NCBI GenBank assembly: GCA_963765495.1
Contig: CAVXWP010000014.1
Span: 54,952-118,951 of the forward strand
Length of the DNA stretch: 64,000 nucleotides
Source: Blastocatellia bacterium
Lineage (GTDB): Bacteria; Acidobacteriota; Blastocatellia; UBA7656
Direction: 5' to 3'
Below the pieces are notes generated by a model. The model searched no databases. It saw only the letters and a list, made by a program, of their open reading frames with translations, and had not been told where the DNA came from. The position numbers and the translations under genes are program-made. Shown piece by piece: positions 48,639 to 57,391 of the stretch (position 1 is the stretch's first letter; the number at the start of each line of letters is the position of its first letter).

Positions 48639-50765
48639 ATGCACAAGCCAATAAAGTATGTTGAAAAAGGATTGACCTTGGCCGCTCGCGGCTCCTGGGC
48701 CCTGTTCGAGAGATTCAATCGCATCAAACAGAATCCCTCCTTCACTCCTGCCTGGAGCGATAAGCCTCTCTTGAAATCCTATCAGAAGGTCAAGCCTCCT
48801 CTCGGCTGGCCTCGCACTACCGATTCCCTCTGCCCTCGCTGCGTTCCCGAAATCCGCCAGCAGGTCCTCGACGGCATTCTTCCCGTCGATATCCTCAAAA
48901 ATGAACGCATCGGCGAAATCAAGGCCCAGATCATCGAACGCGACGGCAATATCCTCATGGTCAAGGATTGCCCTAAACACGGCCACTTCGAAGACATCAT
49001 GGCTATCGACGCCGATTTCTTCAAACACCTTGAACAGGTCTTTCCTGGCTCTGACATCCGCGCTCACAACGACGAGACCCTTCACGATCACGGCTCTTCT
49101 ACCATAAAATACGGGCGCGGCTCTGTCCTTACGATCGACCTCACAAACCGCTGCAACATGATGTGCGACCCCTGTTTTATGGATGCCAATCAGGTCGGCT
49201 TTGTTCACGAACTCACCTGGGATGACATCAAGACCATGCTCGACAACGCGATTTCCATCAAGCCTCGCCGCCAGTTGAGCGTTCAGTTTTCGGGCGGGGA
49301 GCCAACGCTTTCGCCCTACTTTTTGGATGCCGTCAGGTATTCACGCAAGGTTGGCTACAACAGCGTGCAGGCGGCTACAAACGGGATAGAGTTTGCAAAG
49401 AGCGCCGAGTTTGCGCGTCAAGCGGCAGAAGCGGGGCTGAGATATGCGTATCTGCAATTCGATGGGATCGGCAACGCCGCAAACGAGCACAGAAAAGTGG
49501 GGAACCTCTTTGATGTGAAGTTGCGGGCAATCGAGAACCTCCACAGCGCGGGAGTGGAGATCGTGCCAGTGACAACGATCATAAACGGGATAAACAACGA
49601 GCAGGTGGGGCGGATAATCCAGTTTGCGCTTGATAATCCAAAGAAGACCTCGTTTTTATCGTTCCAGCCGGTGTCGTTCACAGGGCGAGATGAGGCGATC
49701 ACGGACGAGCGGAGGATGGCGCAGAGATACACGCTGTCGCACCTGGCGCACGATGTGAAGAAGCAGACGGGGCTGGGAGAGCCAGTGAGAGACTGGTTTC
49801 CGATCTCGTTTATGAGCACATTTTCAGACTGGTCGGATCTGGTGCACGGGCCAGAGGCGGACTGGGGGCAGTTGAGTTGTGGATGCCATCCGAATTGTGG
49901 AGTAGGTATGGCGATCATGGTGGACAAGGAGACGAAGGAGTCGGTGCCAGTGACGGCGTTTTTGGACGGGGAGCAGTTGGCGAAGGATGTGATGAAGGTC
50001 AACGATGCTGGGAGAGGGAAGTGGCTGTCGATAGTGGGGATGGCCCTGGCCTTGATGAAGAACTACGACCCGTACCAGTCGCCGACGCATTTCAAGTTAA
50101 AGGATTTGTTGACGAAGTTTGACAAGACGTGGGGAGCGACGGGGAAGAATTATGGGAAGGTTTCAGGAGACCGGACGAAGGAAGACATAGAGAAGAGGAG
50201 AGCAGACAGGTGGAACTTCCTGTTCATAGCGGGGATGTGGTTTCAGGATTTGTTCAACTATGATTTTCGGCGGACGGAGAGGTGCATAATCCCGTATGCG
50301 ACGCAGGAAGGGGAGATAAGTTTCTGCGCATACAACACGGGGATAGGGTGGAGGAACATAGTAGAGAAGATGCACATGACGGCGAGTTTGACGAAGTGGT
50401 ATGAGGAGTACGGGAGGCACGAGATATTTGCGGGAGGGAGAGCAGTAGAGTTAAACAGTGTAGAGCACAATCTGGTGTTGAAGGAAGAGATAATCACGAG
50501 GGAAGTGCAACACGACCTGGACGAGTTAGGGATAGCGAAGACGGCGAGGGAAGAGAAGCAGAGGGCGAGGGCAGCGAAGTTGAGCGAAGCGGAGAACTTG
50601 AGGATGGCGAAGTTGTACCGGCAGCACGTATTGAAAGAGAGCGGGGAGCCGGAGGCGAAGTTGGTACAGTTGGGAGTAGGGCCGAAGGTGGAAGGGAAGC
50701 TGGTGCAGATGGGAAGCAAGGGGAAGGGGCAGGCGCAGGAGGAGAGAGCCGGTTTTGGCGACTAG
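48639..50765 (+). CDS. Tes/GDGT-MAS (MJ0619)-like radical SAM protein
   Basis: SLCPRC...CPKHG, DLTNRCNMMCDPCF, QFSGGEPT, YLQFDG, FQPVSFTGR, HPNCG, FQD.FNYD..RTERC..PY...SFCAYN. Confidence 0.85.
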   Translation: MHKPIKYVEKGLTLAARGSWALFERFNRIKQNPSFTPAWSDKPLLKSYQKVKPPLGWPRTTDSLCPRCVPEIRQQVLDGILPVDILKNERIGEIKAQIIERDGNILMVKDCPKHGHFEDIMAIDADFFKHLEQVFPGSDIRAHNDETLHDHGSSTIKYGRGSVLTIDLTNRCNMMCDPCFMDANQVGFVHELTWDDIKTMLDNAISIKPRRQLSVQFSGGEPTLSPYFLDAVRYSRKVGYNSVQAATNGIEFAKSAEFARQAAEAGLRYAYLQFDGIGNAANEHRKVGNLFDVKLRAIENLHSAGVEIVPVTTIINGINNEQVGRIIQFALDNPKKTSFLSFQPVSFTGRDEAITDERRMAQRYTLSHLAHDVKKQTGLGEPVRDWFPISFMSTFSDWSDLVHGPEADWGQLSCGCHPNCGVGMAIMVDKETKESVPVTAFLDGEQLAKDVMKVNDAGRGKWLSIVGMALALMKNYDPYQSPTHFKLKDLLTKFDKTWGATGKNYGKVSGDRTKEDIEKRRADRWNFLFIAGMWFQDLFNYDFRRTERCIIPYATQEGEISFCAYNTGIGWRNIVEKMHMTASLTKWYEEYGRHEIFAGGRAVELNSVEHNLVLKEEIITREVQHDLDELGIAKTAREEKQRARAAKLSEAENLRMAKLYRQHVLKESGEPEAKLVQLGVGPKVEGKLVQMGSKGKGQAQEERAGFGD

Positions 50766-50790
50766 CGCAGACTCAGCGATGAGCCATCAG

Positions 50791-50824
50791 AGAGGCCGTC
50801 GGGCGTGAGTCCGGCGGCCTTTTT
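50791..50824 (+). terminator. Rho-independent terminator
   Basis: AGGCCGTCGGGC-GTGA-GTCCGGCGGCCT followed by TTTT. Confidence 0.8.
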
Positions 50825-50885
50825 ACGAGTGGGCAAAACAGGCTCAACTTGCAGGAGAAAGCCGCAATGCGAGAAGATTATTTTC

Positions 50886-51233
50886 ATGCGGAAGTCTGGG
50901 CATTGCGAACTTTGCGATAGAGAGGTTGAAAAAGTCACAAAACATCATCTCATCCCACGGACGAGGCACAAGAACAAAAAGAACAAGAAGAATTTTGATC
51001 GTTCTGAGATTCACGAGCGCGTAATCTGGATTTGCGGTCCCTGCCACCGAAATATTCACGACGTGCTTACAGAAAAAGAACTCGAATATGATTACAACAC
51101 AAAGGAGAAGCTGTTGGCTCACTCGGCGGTAGCGCGATTTACTGAGTGGGTCAGAAAGAGGCCCGATCAAAGTGTGCGGTTTCGCGGTTGGAGAGAGAGA
51201 AAGAGAAGGCAAGCCGTCGAGTTTAGGAAGTAA
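50886..51233 (+). CDS. Small HNH-like nuclease (YisB-like)
   Basis: CELCDR...TKHHLIP...CGPCHRNIH. Confidence 0.8.
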   Translation: MRKSGHCELCDREVEKVTKHHLIPRTRHKNKKNKKNFDRSEIHERVIWICGPCHRNIHDVLTEKELEYDYNTKEKLLAHSAVARFTEWVRKRPDQSVRFRGWRERKRRQAVEFRK

Positions 51234-51285
51234 GAGCGGGTGTTTGAATTGAGTAAACGGCAGATGAGGGAAGGGCATAACTTAG

Positions 51286-52761
51286 ATGAGCGAGAAACCC
51301 AGAGAGGCAAAGACATTAAAGAACGCGGGAAACTGGAAACATCTGGCCAGATGGAACGGCCTTGGGTATTACGAACTCAGGACCGAAGATACGCGGGATG
51401 TCCCGGTGCGGCTCTTTCTTACTCCGAAGCTGCTCAAGGAAGCCGAAGATATTCTCTATCGCCAGATAGTCAACGCGACCCGGTTCCCCGGAGTCAGACT
51501 GGTCGTAATCACGCCCGACACGCACTACGGCTATGGAGTCCCTGTCGGTTGTGTTTTGCTGACCGATGCCGATTCGGGCGCGGTGGCGATGGGGCCGGTC
51601 GGCTACGATATTGGATGTGGGATGGTCAGCGCGCGCTCAAGTGTGTCGGCCGAACGGGCTACGCCGGAAAAAAAGCTGGAATTCAATCGCGCCGTGATGG
51701 AAAGAGTAGACATGGGCGCGGGTGGCAAGAGTATCAAGCTCGGCAATGTGGATGAGCGCGAGTTCATGAATCTTGTTCACGGCGGGGCGGAATACTACGT
51801 CGAAAAATATGGAGCCACTTTTGATCGCAGCAGAGCCGAGCGCCATCGCATGCCGGTAGACTCAGACTGGCAGGTGCCCTGGGGCGGCAAAGGTCGGCCC
51901 GAGCGCGGCAAAGCGCAACTGGGGTCGCTCGGCGGCGGCAATCACTTTATAGAACTTCAAAGAGCCGAAGAGACCGGGACCCTGTTCGTACAGGCTCACA
52001 CGGGTTCTCGCGGCTGGGGGCACGGGCTGGCGACAAACTATTTCGAGATGGCCAGAGCCGAAAAGCCCAGCGTGATCACCGACATAGACCTCGGCTATTT
52101 CACACCCGACTCCGCGCATTACAGGGATTACCTAAACGCCGTGGCCGCGGGCGGAAACTTTGCCATCCTCAACCGTCTTATACTCTTCGAGCAGGTAGCC
52201 GAAGCCTTCGAATCCGTATTTGGCGGCGAACTGGAATTGATCTATGAGATCAGCCATAACCTTGTTCAGAAGGAATGGCATCCCGAATTTGGAGATGTAT
52301 GGGTCCATCGCAAGGGCGCGACCCGCGCTTTTCCCGCAGAGCATCCTGCGCTTAAAGATACGCTCTGGGAAGAGACGGGCCATCCCGTATTGATTCCCGG
52401 GTCGAATAAGGATTGGAGCTATATCCTGCGCCCGGCTGCCGGAGCCGTCAACAGCGGCTACTCGGTCAATCACGGCGCTGGTCGGCGTATGTCGAGGGGC
52501 GAGGCCAATCGCAGCCTGAATCAGCGCGAAATTGATAAAGAATATTCAGATGCCGGAATCCTGGTCAATATGGACGGTCGCGTGCCACTTGATGAAGCGG
52601 CTCCCTGCTACAAGCCATCAAAGGAAGTGATTGATGCCGTGGTCGGGGCAGGGCTTGCGACTATCGAATACACCTTATGGCCGCTTGCTTCGCTCAAGGG
52701 GACCGATGGGTCGCGAGGCAGGCGAAAGAAGTCAAATAAACAATCGGGTCAGCATTATTGA
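51286..52761 (+). CDS. rtcB: RtcB family RNA ligase
   Basis: PDTH.GYG.PVG, DIGCG, GGGNHFIE, HTGSRG, SHN, HRKGAT, HGAGR, DEA..CYK. Confidence 0.92.
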   Translation: MSEKPREAKTLKNAGNWKHLARWNGLGYYELRTEDTRDVPVRLFLTPKLLKEAEDILYRQIVNATRFPGVRLVVITPDTHYGYGVPVGCVLLTDADSGAVAMGPVGYDIGCGMVSARSSVSAERATPEKKLEFNRAVMERVDMGAGGKSIKLGNVDEREFMNLVHGGAEYYVEKYGATFDRSRAERHRMPVDSDWQVPWGGKGRPERGKAQLGSLGGGNHFIELQRAEETGTLFVQAHTGSRGWGHGLATNYFEMARAEKPSVITDIDLGYFTPDSAHYRDYLNAVAAGGNFAILNRLILFEQVAEAFESVFGGELELIYEISHNLVQKEWHPEFGDVWVHRKGATRAFPAEHPALKDTLWEETGHPVLIPGSNKDWSYILRPAAGAVNSGYSVNHGAGRRMSRGEANRSLNQREIDKEYSDAGILVNMDGRVPLDEAAPCYKPSKEVIDAVVGAGLATIEYTLWPLASLKGTDGSRGRRKKSNKQSGQHY

Positions 52762-53018
52762 TTCAACTCCAAAAAAGGCCGACCCTCGTAGGCAAATGAG
52801 GGATGCGTGATTCGTGATCTGAATGCGAGCTTCCTCTTTGAACAGGGAGTTCAAAAATTTCACGAATCACGCATCCCTCGTCGAAATTCTTTCCCAACTC
52901 TTTACGCCTTTTTTTTCTCCCATCGCGTCTAAACAGAGAATGCGCTGAAATGCATCCGGTTCAAAGGATGCGTTTTCCAGACCCAATAAATGTCTTCAAA
53001 AATAGGAGGGAGATGTAA

Positions 53019-53471
53019 ATGAAGAAAACCGTAGCAATTGCAATCAGCCTCATAGCGCTGCTTGCCTTGAGCGCCGTCTATACTCCGGCTCAGGGGCCGG
53101 GGCGAGGCTTTCGACACGGACCCGGCGGTGGCCATGTTTTTGATCAGCTTGATTTGACCGATCAGCAGCAGTCCGCAATAAAAGAGATTCTGGCTGCCGA
53201 GAAGGCCGCAAATGAGCCTATATTTCAGGAACTTGCCTCAGTCCGCAAGGAATTGAATGAGGCGACGGCTGAGGGGAAATTTGATGAGGCGCAGGTGCAG
53301 GCTCTTGCAACTCGTCACGGGCAGGCGATGGCGCAGTTGATGGTTGAACGTGAACGCGTGAAATCTCAGATATACGCCGTACTCACACCCGAACAGCGCG
53401 AGAAGGCCGAGCAGCTTCGCAACCGGAGAGGACCGCGCAGACGCGGGCAGGCTCCCCCGCCCGGTCAATAA
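53019..53471 (+). CDS. Spy/CpxP family periplasmic chaperone
   Basis: Signal peptide; LTDQQ and VLTPEQ motifs. Confidence 0.88.
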   Translation: MKKTVAIAISLIALLALSAVYTPAQGPGRGFRHGPGGGHVFDQLDLTDQQQSAIKEILAAEKAANEPIFQELASVRKELNEATAEGKFDEAQVQALATRHGQAMAQLMVERERVKSQIYAVLTPEQREKAEQLRNRRGPRRRGQAPPPGQ

Positions 53472-53708
53472 ATTTTTAATCAGCCCGAAGTTGCGACAGT
53501 GAAAAAAACACGGAAGGGCGCGAGCAGATAGGATCAGCAGATTATAACTGTGGAATCCATCCTGCCCGCGCCCGTCCGTCGTTTTATTGATCTGGTAGAC
53601 TGGGAATCGCTCTCCTTTGCTCGTGCTCGTCTGATATGTCAAATCTCAGCCTTCGGCAAGGCGATAGCTTGAACAAGCAGGTGAAGTGATAGAGAATCAA
53701 GTCCCGAG

Positions 53709-54416
53709 ATGGCACAGGACGGCCGAAATCAGACGCTCATAATAACGCATGCTGTGCTTGCGGGGCTTACTCCGCTAATACCGATTCCCTTCGTTGACGA
53801 TCTGGTCAAAACATATTTTCAACGAAGGCTTGTGCGTGGACTGGCCGCAAGCTATGGTCAGTCAATAAGCGAGCAGGATATAAAGACGCTTTCGGATGAT
53901 CGAGGCGGATGTTTGAGCGGGTGCCTGGGCACGATAATACTCTATCCGTTGAAGGCGATCTCTCGCAAAATACTATTTTTTCTTGAATGGAAACGAGCGG
54001 TTGATATTGTAAGCCGCCTTTACTATCACGGCTATCTTCTCGATTACTGTTTTCAAAACCAATGGATAACGCCCGCCGGACCGCGTTATGCGATTGAGGC
54101 GAGAAATGCAGTTGATGAGGTGCTTCGCCGCCTGAATACCAGCTTGATAGAGCGCGCCGTGCGAGCAGTCTTCAGACAATCAAGGTCTGTGATAAAAGGA
54201 GCTGCCAGGTTGTTGCAGCGCAGCTTGCAGCGAGTAGCGGGAAAGCCTTCCGAAGCCCGGGTGGCGGAAGCAGTCGAAGCTATAGAAGAACAGGAAGAGC
54301 GCGAAATCGAAGGCATTGTCGCCAGGTTACAAGTTTCTATTGCCGGCATCCCCGCGGAACATTTCGAGAGCTTGCGAGGGCAGCTGGCAGCCGCCCTCAA
54401 TCTTCCGCACAGATAA
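53709..54416 (+). CDS. Hypothetical helical protein
   Basis: 235-aa ORF with a GLTPLIPIPFVDD motif and host-like composition. Confidence 0.7.
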   Translation: MAQDGRNQTLIITHAVLAGLTPLIPIPFVDDLVKTYFQRRLVRGLAASYGQSISEQDIKTLSDDRGGCLSGCLGTIILYPLKAISRKILFFLEWKRAVDIVSRLYYHGYLLDYCFQNQWITPAGPRYAIEARNAVDEVLRRLNTSLIERAVRAVFRQSRSVIKGAARLLQRSLQRVAGKPSEARVAEAVEAIEEQEEREIEGIVARLQVSIAGIPAEHFESLRGQLAAALNLPHR

Positions 54417-54443
54417 ACTCGCCTGACCCGTCCAGAGCGCATT

Positions 54444-54953
54444 TTATATCGTCTGATAGATCAGAATTTTCTTGTTGCCGCTGCCGGTAGCCGTTCCCAC
54501 GAGCGCCCCGATACCTGCGCCTATGCCCGCTCCAATTCCACCCAGAATGGCAAATAGCGCTCCCCCGGATATGTCCTCATATCCGCCGGCTGCCAGAGCT
54601 ACTCCACCGCCGAAGCCAAGCCCCACTCCCGCGCCGATCAAAGCGGATTTGCCCGCAGATTTGGCTGCGGATTTTGGCACCAGTTGATAGACCTTCGATA
54701 TGGAATTGCGATCCAGATCAGACGAGTTATTCTTTCGCTCCAGGGTCAGCGTAGTATCGGAAGCATTGATCAATCTTCCTTCTACCTTCTTGCCGTCTTT
54801 AAGCTTCACTGAAAGTTTTGTTCCCTGTGGCAATGAAATCACGTTTGCCCAATCACTGGCCTGGCCGACCGACTGCCGAGCAAAAGCCCCGGTTGTGCTT
54901 ACAAACAAGACCATAAGTGCCAGAGCGGGTGTAAATATTTTCTTTGTCATCAA
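54444..54953 (-). CDS. Exported protein with an Sm-like domain and glycine-zipper helices
   Basis: VKLKDGKKVEGRL; GAGVGLG and GAGIGAGIGALVG. Confidence 0.7.
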   Translation of the reverse strand: MMTKKIFTPALALMVLFVSTTGAFARQSVGQASDWANVISLPQGTKLSVKLKDGKKVEGRLINASDTTLTLERKNNSSDLDRNSISKVYQLVPKSAAKSAGKSALIGAGVGLGFGGGVALAAGGYEDISGGALFAILGGIGAGIGAGIGALVGTATGSGNKKILIYQTI

Positions 54954-55167
54954 TTTTCTCCTTATACTGCATATAATCCGAAGACTACTTTAGGGCAATC
55001 GCGATGCCAAACTGCTAAGGCAGTGTAAACCCTTAAATATAAAGAGATTGCAGGAGAAGCAGACAGGTTGTCAGATAAAGAGCTGCAATAAAAGCCTGAC
55101 AAATAGCGATTTATCTTGCGGTGGGGAAATCAATAAAAGAGAGCCTTTCAAGTGCTGGAAAGCAAGC

Positions 55168-55197
55168 TTGACAGTTTCGCGCAGCGTCCTGTATTTT
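55168..55197 (+). promoter_or_regulatory. Probable sigma70 promoter of tRNA-Thr
   Basis: TTGACA-18 bp-TATTTT, 30 bp upstream of the tRNA. Confidence 0.55.
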
Positions 55198-55226
55198 GAA
55201 GATTCTGCTTGCACAGTCAATAGATA

Positions 55227-55302
55227 GCCAGCGTAGCTCAGTTGGTAGAGCATCGGTTTCGTAAACCGGAGGTCAGGGGTTCGAGTCCCCTCGCTGGCTC
55301 CA
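55227..55302 (+). tRNA. tRNA-Thr (anticodon CGT) with encoded CCA
   Basis: Acceptor GCCAGCG/CGCTGGC, D arm GCTC/GAGC, anticodon loop TTCGTAA, T arm AGGGG-TTCGAGT-CCCCT. Confidence 0.97.
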
Positions 55303-55339
55303 CCGGAGGTCAGGGGTTCGAGTCCCCTCGCTGGCTCCA
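55266..55339 (+). repeat. Exact tandem duplication of the 37-bp tRNA 3' end (att core)
   Basis: CCGGAGGTCAGGGGTTCGAGTCCCCTCGCTGGCTCCA at 55266-55302 and 55303-55339. Confidence 0.95.
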
Positions 55340-55351
55340 TTAGATTCAATA

Positions 55352-55416
55352 AATTAAGGCCACTAATATGGTGGCCTTAATTGCATTTGATAGGTTGACA
55401 GCAGTAGTTGACAGCA
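55352..55416. other. Terminator-like hairpin and candidate integrase arm-type sites
   Basis: AATTAAGGCCAC/GTGGCCTTAATT hairpin at 55352-55382; direct repeat GTTGACAGCA at 55394 and 55407. Confidence 0.6.
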
Positions 55417-55432
55417 ACCCGCAAGAATTATG

Positions 55433-56608
55433 CTACTTTGCGCCCAAAATTGAGTCCATCACGCCTATTGCGGCCCGCGTCATTTCTGGCAAAACGTGAG
55501 AGTAAGTATTCATAGTCAAGCTAATTTGGCTGTGGCCTAGTATCTCCATCAATGTTCGTTGCGGTACGCCTTGAGAAAGTAGCATCGTAGCGCAGGAGTG
55601 CCGTAGATCATGAAAGCGAATCTTCGGCAATTTGTCGTTTCCCTCAATTTCCTTATTGGCTTTCTCGATTAGTGCATCAAATGTTCGGTTGATATTGCGC
55701 GGCTCGATTGGTGTGCCGATTGTTGAAACAAATACATAACCTGATTCCTGCCAGTCTGAGCCAAGCGCGAGCCGTTCCTCTAGCTGACGTGACCGATGAA
55801 CGCGAAGCGCGGCCACGAGCAGCGACGGCAGCGGCAATGCACGGCGCGATTTCTCTGTTTTCGGCTCTACAAGGTGAAGCTTGCCATCAAAGCGTTGCAG
55901 AGCATAATTGACGCGAAGAGTAGCGGCATCGAGATCAATGTCTGACCAATGCAGTCCTAATATTTCTCCGCGCCGTAATCCGAGCGTCAGGGCCATGATA
56001 AACAATGCCTCTAGTCTATGGCCTCTTACGGATTCAAGAAAGAGCTTTGTTTGTTCGGGCGTGAAGACCTTCATTTCTTGTTTCTGGATGCGTGGTAGAG
56101 TTATCAATGTAGCAACGTTGCGGTACACAATCTGCCATTTGACCGCAATGCTTAGGGCAGCGCGTAGGGTTGCAATGATGTGCCTTATACTCTGCGGCGA
56201 TAATCCAGATTTCAGCTTTGCATTAACAAAATGCTGAACATCGGCTGGTGTGAGTTTTTCAATCCGTTTCTTGCCTAATGCTGGCTTGATGTGAAGTCGA
56301 ATATGGTCAAGATAGAATCGGTATGTTTTCGGGCGGACAGATGGATATGCAACATCAGCAAGCCACTTTTCTAAGAACTCAGCTAATGTCTGGTGCTCAG
56401 TAAGGATCGGCAAGCCTTTTTGTTGGTCATTCAAAGCAGCAATGAGTTTTTCTTTTACCTCTTCGCGGGTCGTTCCATAAAAGGTCTTACGCTTCAATTT
56501 GCCATCCTGATAGCCGAGATTTATAGCAGCAGCCCATCGGCCATCTTTGCGTTTGTAGATTGAGCCTTCACCTTGCCCGCGCTTCTTCTGCTTCCGCTCC
56601 TTAGTCAT
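55433..56608 (-). CDS. int: Tyrosine recombinase/integrase
   Basis: GEGSIYKRKDGRW arm-binding domain; GLRRGEILGL, HDLRH, LGHS...TMNTY. Confidence 0.96.
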   Translation of the reverse strand: MTKERKQKKRGQGEGSIYKRKDGRWAAAINLGYQDGKLKRKTFYGTTREEVKEKLIAALNDQQKGLPILTEHQTLAEFLEKWLADVAYPSVRPKTYRFYLDHIRLHIKPALGKKRIEKLTPADVQHFVNAKLKSGLSPQSIRHIIATLRAALSIAVKWQIVYRNVATLITLPRIQKQEMKVFTPEQTKLFLESVRGHRLEALFIMALTLGLRRGEILGLHWSDIDLDAATLRVNYALQRFDGKLHLVEPKTEKSRRALPLPSLLVAALRVHRSRQLEERLALGSDWQESGYVFVSTIGTPIEPRNINRTFDALIEKANKEIEGNDKLPKIRFHDLRHSCATMLLSQGVPQRTLMEILGHSQISLTMNTYSHVLPEMTRAAIGVMDSILGAK

Positions 56609-56613
56609 AACTC

Positions 56614-56910
56614 TTACCTCGCCTTACGACTAGACTTTCTTGAATGATGCATCCTTGATGCTACTCCGCTACTCTGTTCGGCTTCTCCCCCAGGCAGTAC
56701 ACTTGGGTCAGCCTCAAAGCGAAAAAGCTGTCCAGGCACGACACCAAACAAAGTGCAGAGCTTTTCGAGCGTTCCCAAATCAACCCGCTTCGCCGTTGCG
56801 TTCCACAGGCCATAAGCAGAGTTCAATTGCAGGCCCGCACGCGCTGCTAACTGACGCGCATTGGCAATACCTGCCTTTTCTGCAACTTCCTTTATCGTTA
56901 ATTCCATCAT
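56614..56910 (-). CDS. XRE/Cro-CI type HTH regulator
   Basis: QLAARAGL...RVDLGTLEKLC..FGV.PGQLF. Confidence 0.85.
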   Translation of the reverse strand: MMELTIKEVAEKAGIANARQLAARAGLQLNSAYGLWNATAKRVDLGTLEKLCTLFGVVPGQLFRFEADPSVLPGGEAEQSSGVASRMHHSRKSSRKAR

Positions 56911-57262
56911 AGCCTCTAAAGTCTAACATAATAACTCAATGCTAGTATAACACAAAATTACATATTACAAAATCATAGACAAGAATAATTGCAAATATCA
57001 GCACAAATCATCATAATTCATTTGTTTTTTTCTATGATTATAGACATTATTTTCTTGACAGATTTTCTCAAATATGAGACAATTCCGGTATCGAATTAAT
57101 GGTCTTTGATAATTAAGCGCGAAGTTGAAAGGGTCTGGCCAGGGCTGCCGTGCTGAGTAAACGACGGGCGCAAGGTTGAGAGAGTAAGACACTCGCTCGA
57201 CCGACAACACCGCAAACACTCACCTTAAACAACTCACTACTTCAAATCAGGAGGCTACCACG

Positions 57263-57391
57263 ATGAAGGAGAAAGAGACGCGCACGCTTGAGCAAGTCAA
57301 GGCAGGCGATATACCGCAGGTTGAGTTTGAAATGACCGCCGAAGACTTTGGCGAATGGTTGCACGAGGATGACCAAGATTATCCGTTCTAA
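57263..57391 (+). CDS. 42-aa acidic peptide, absent from the ORF track
   Basis: AGGAGG RBS; MKEKETRTLEQVKAGDIPQVEFEMTAEDFGEWLHEDDQDYPF*. Confidence 0.65.
   Translation: MKEKETRTLEQVKAGDIPQVEFEMTAEDFGEWLHEDDQDYPF

Noticed and set aside
48639-50765. Diversity-generating retroelement as the cause of the codon skew
   Set aside because: No reverse transcriptase or template/variable repeat pair is in the window, and the changes are synonymous rather than adenine-specific.
55071-55349. ORFs across the tRNA
   Set aside because: Antisense translation of tRNA-Thr and its duplicated end.
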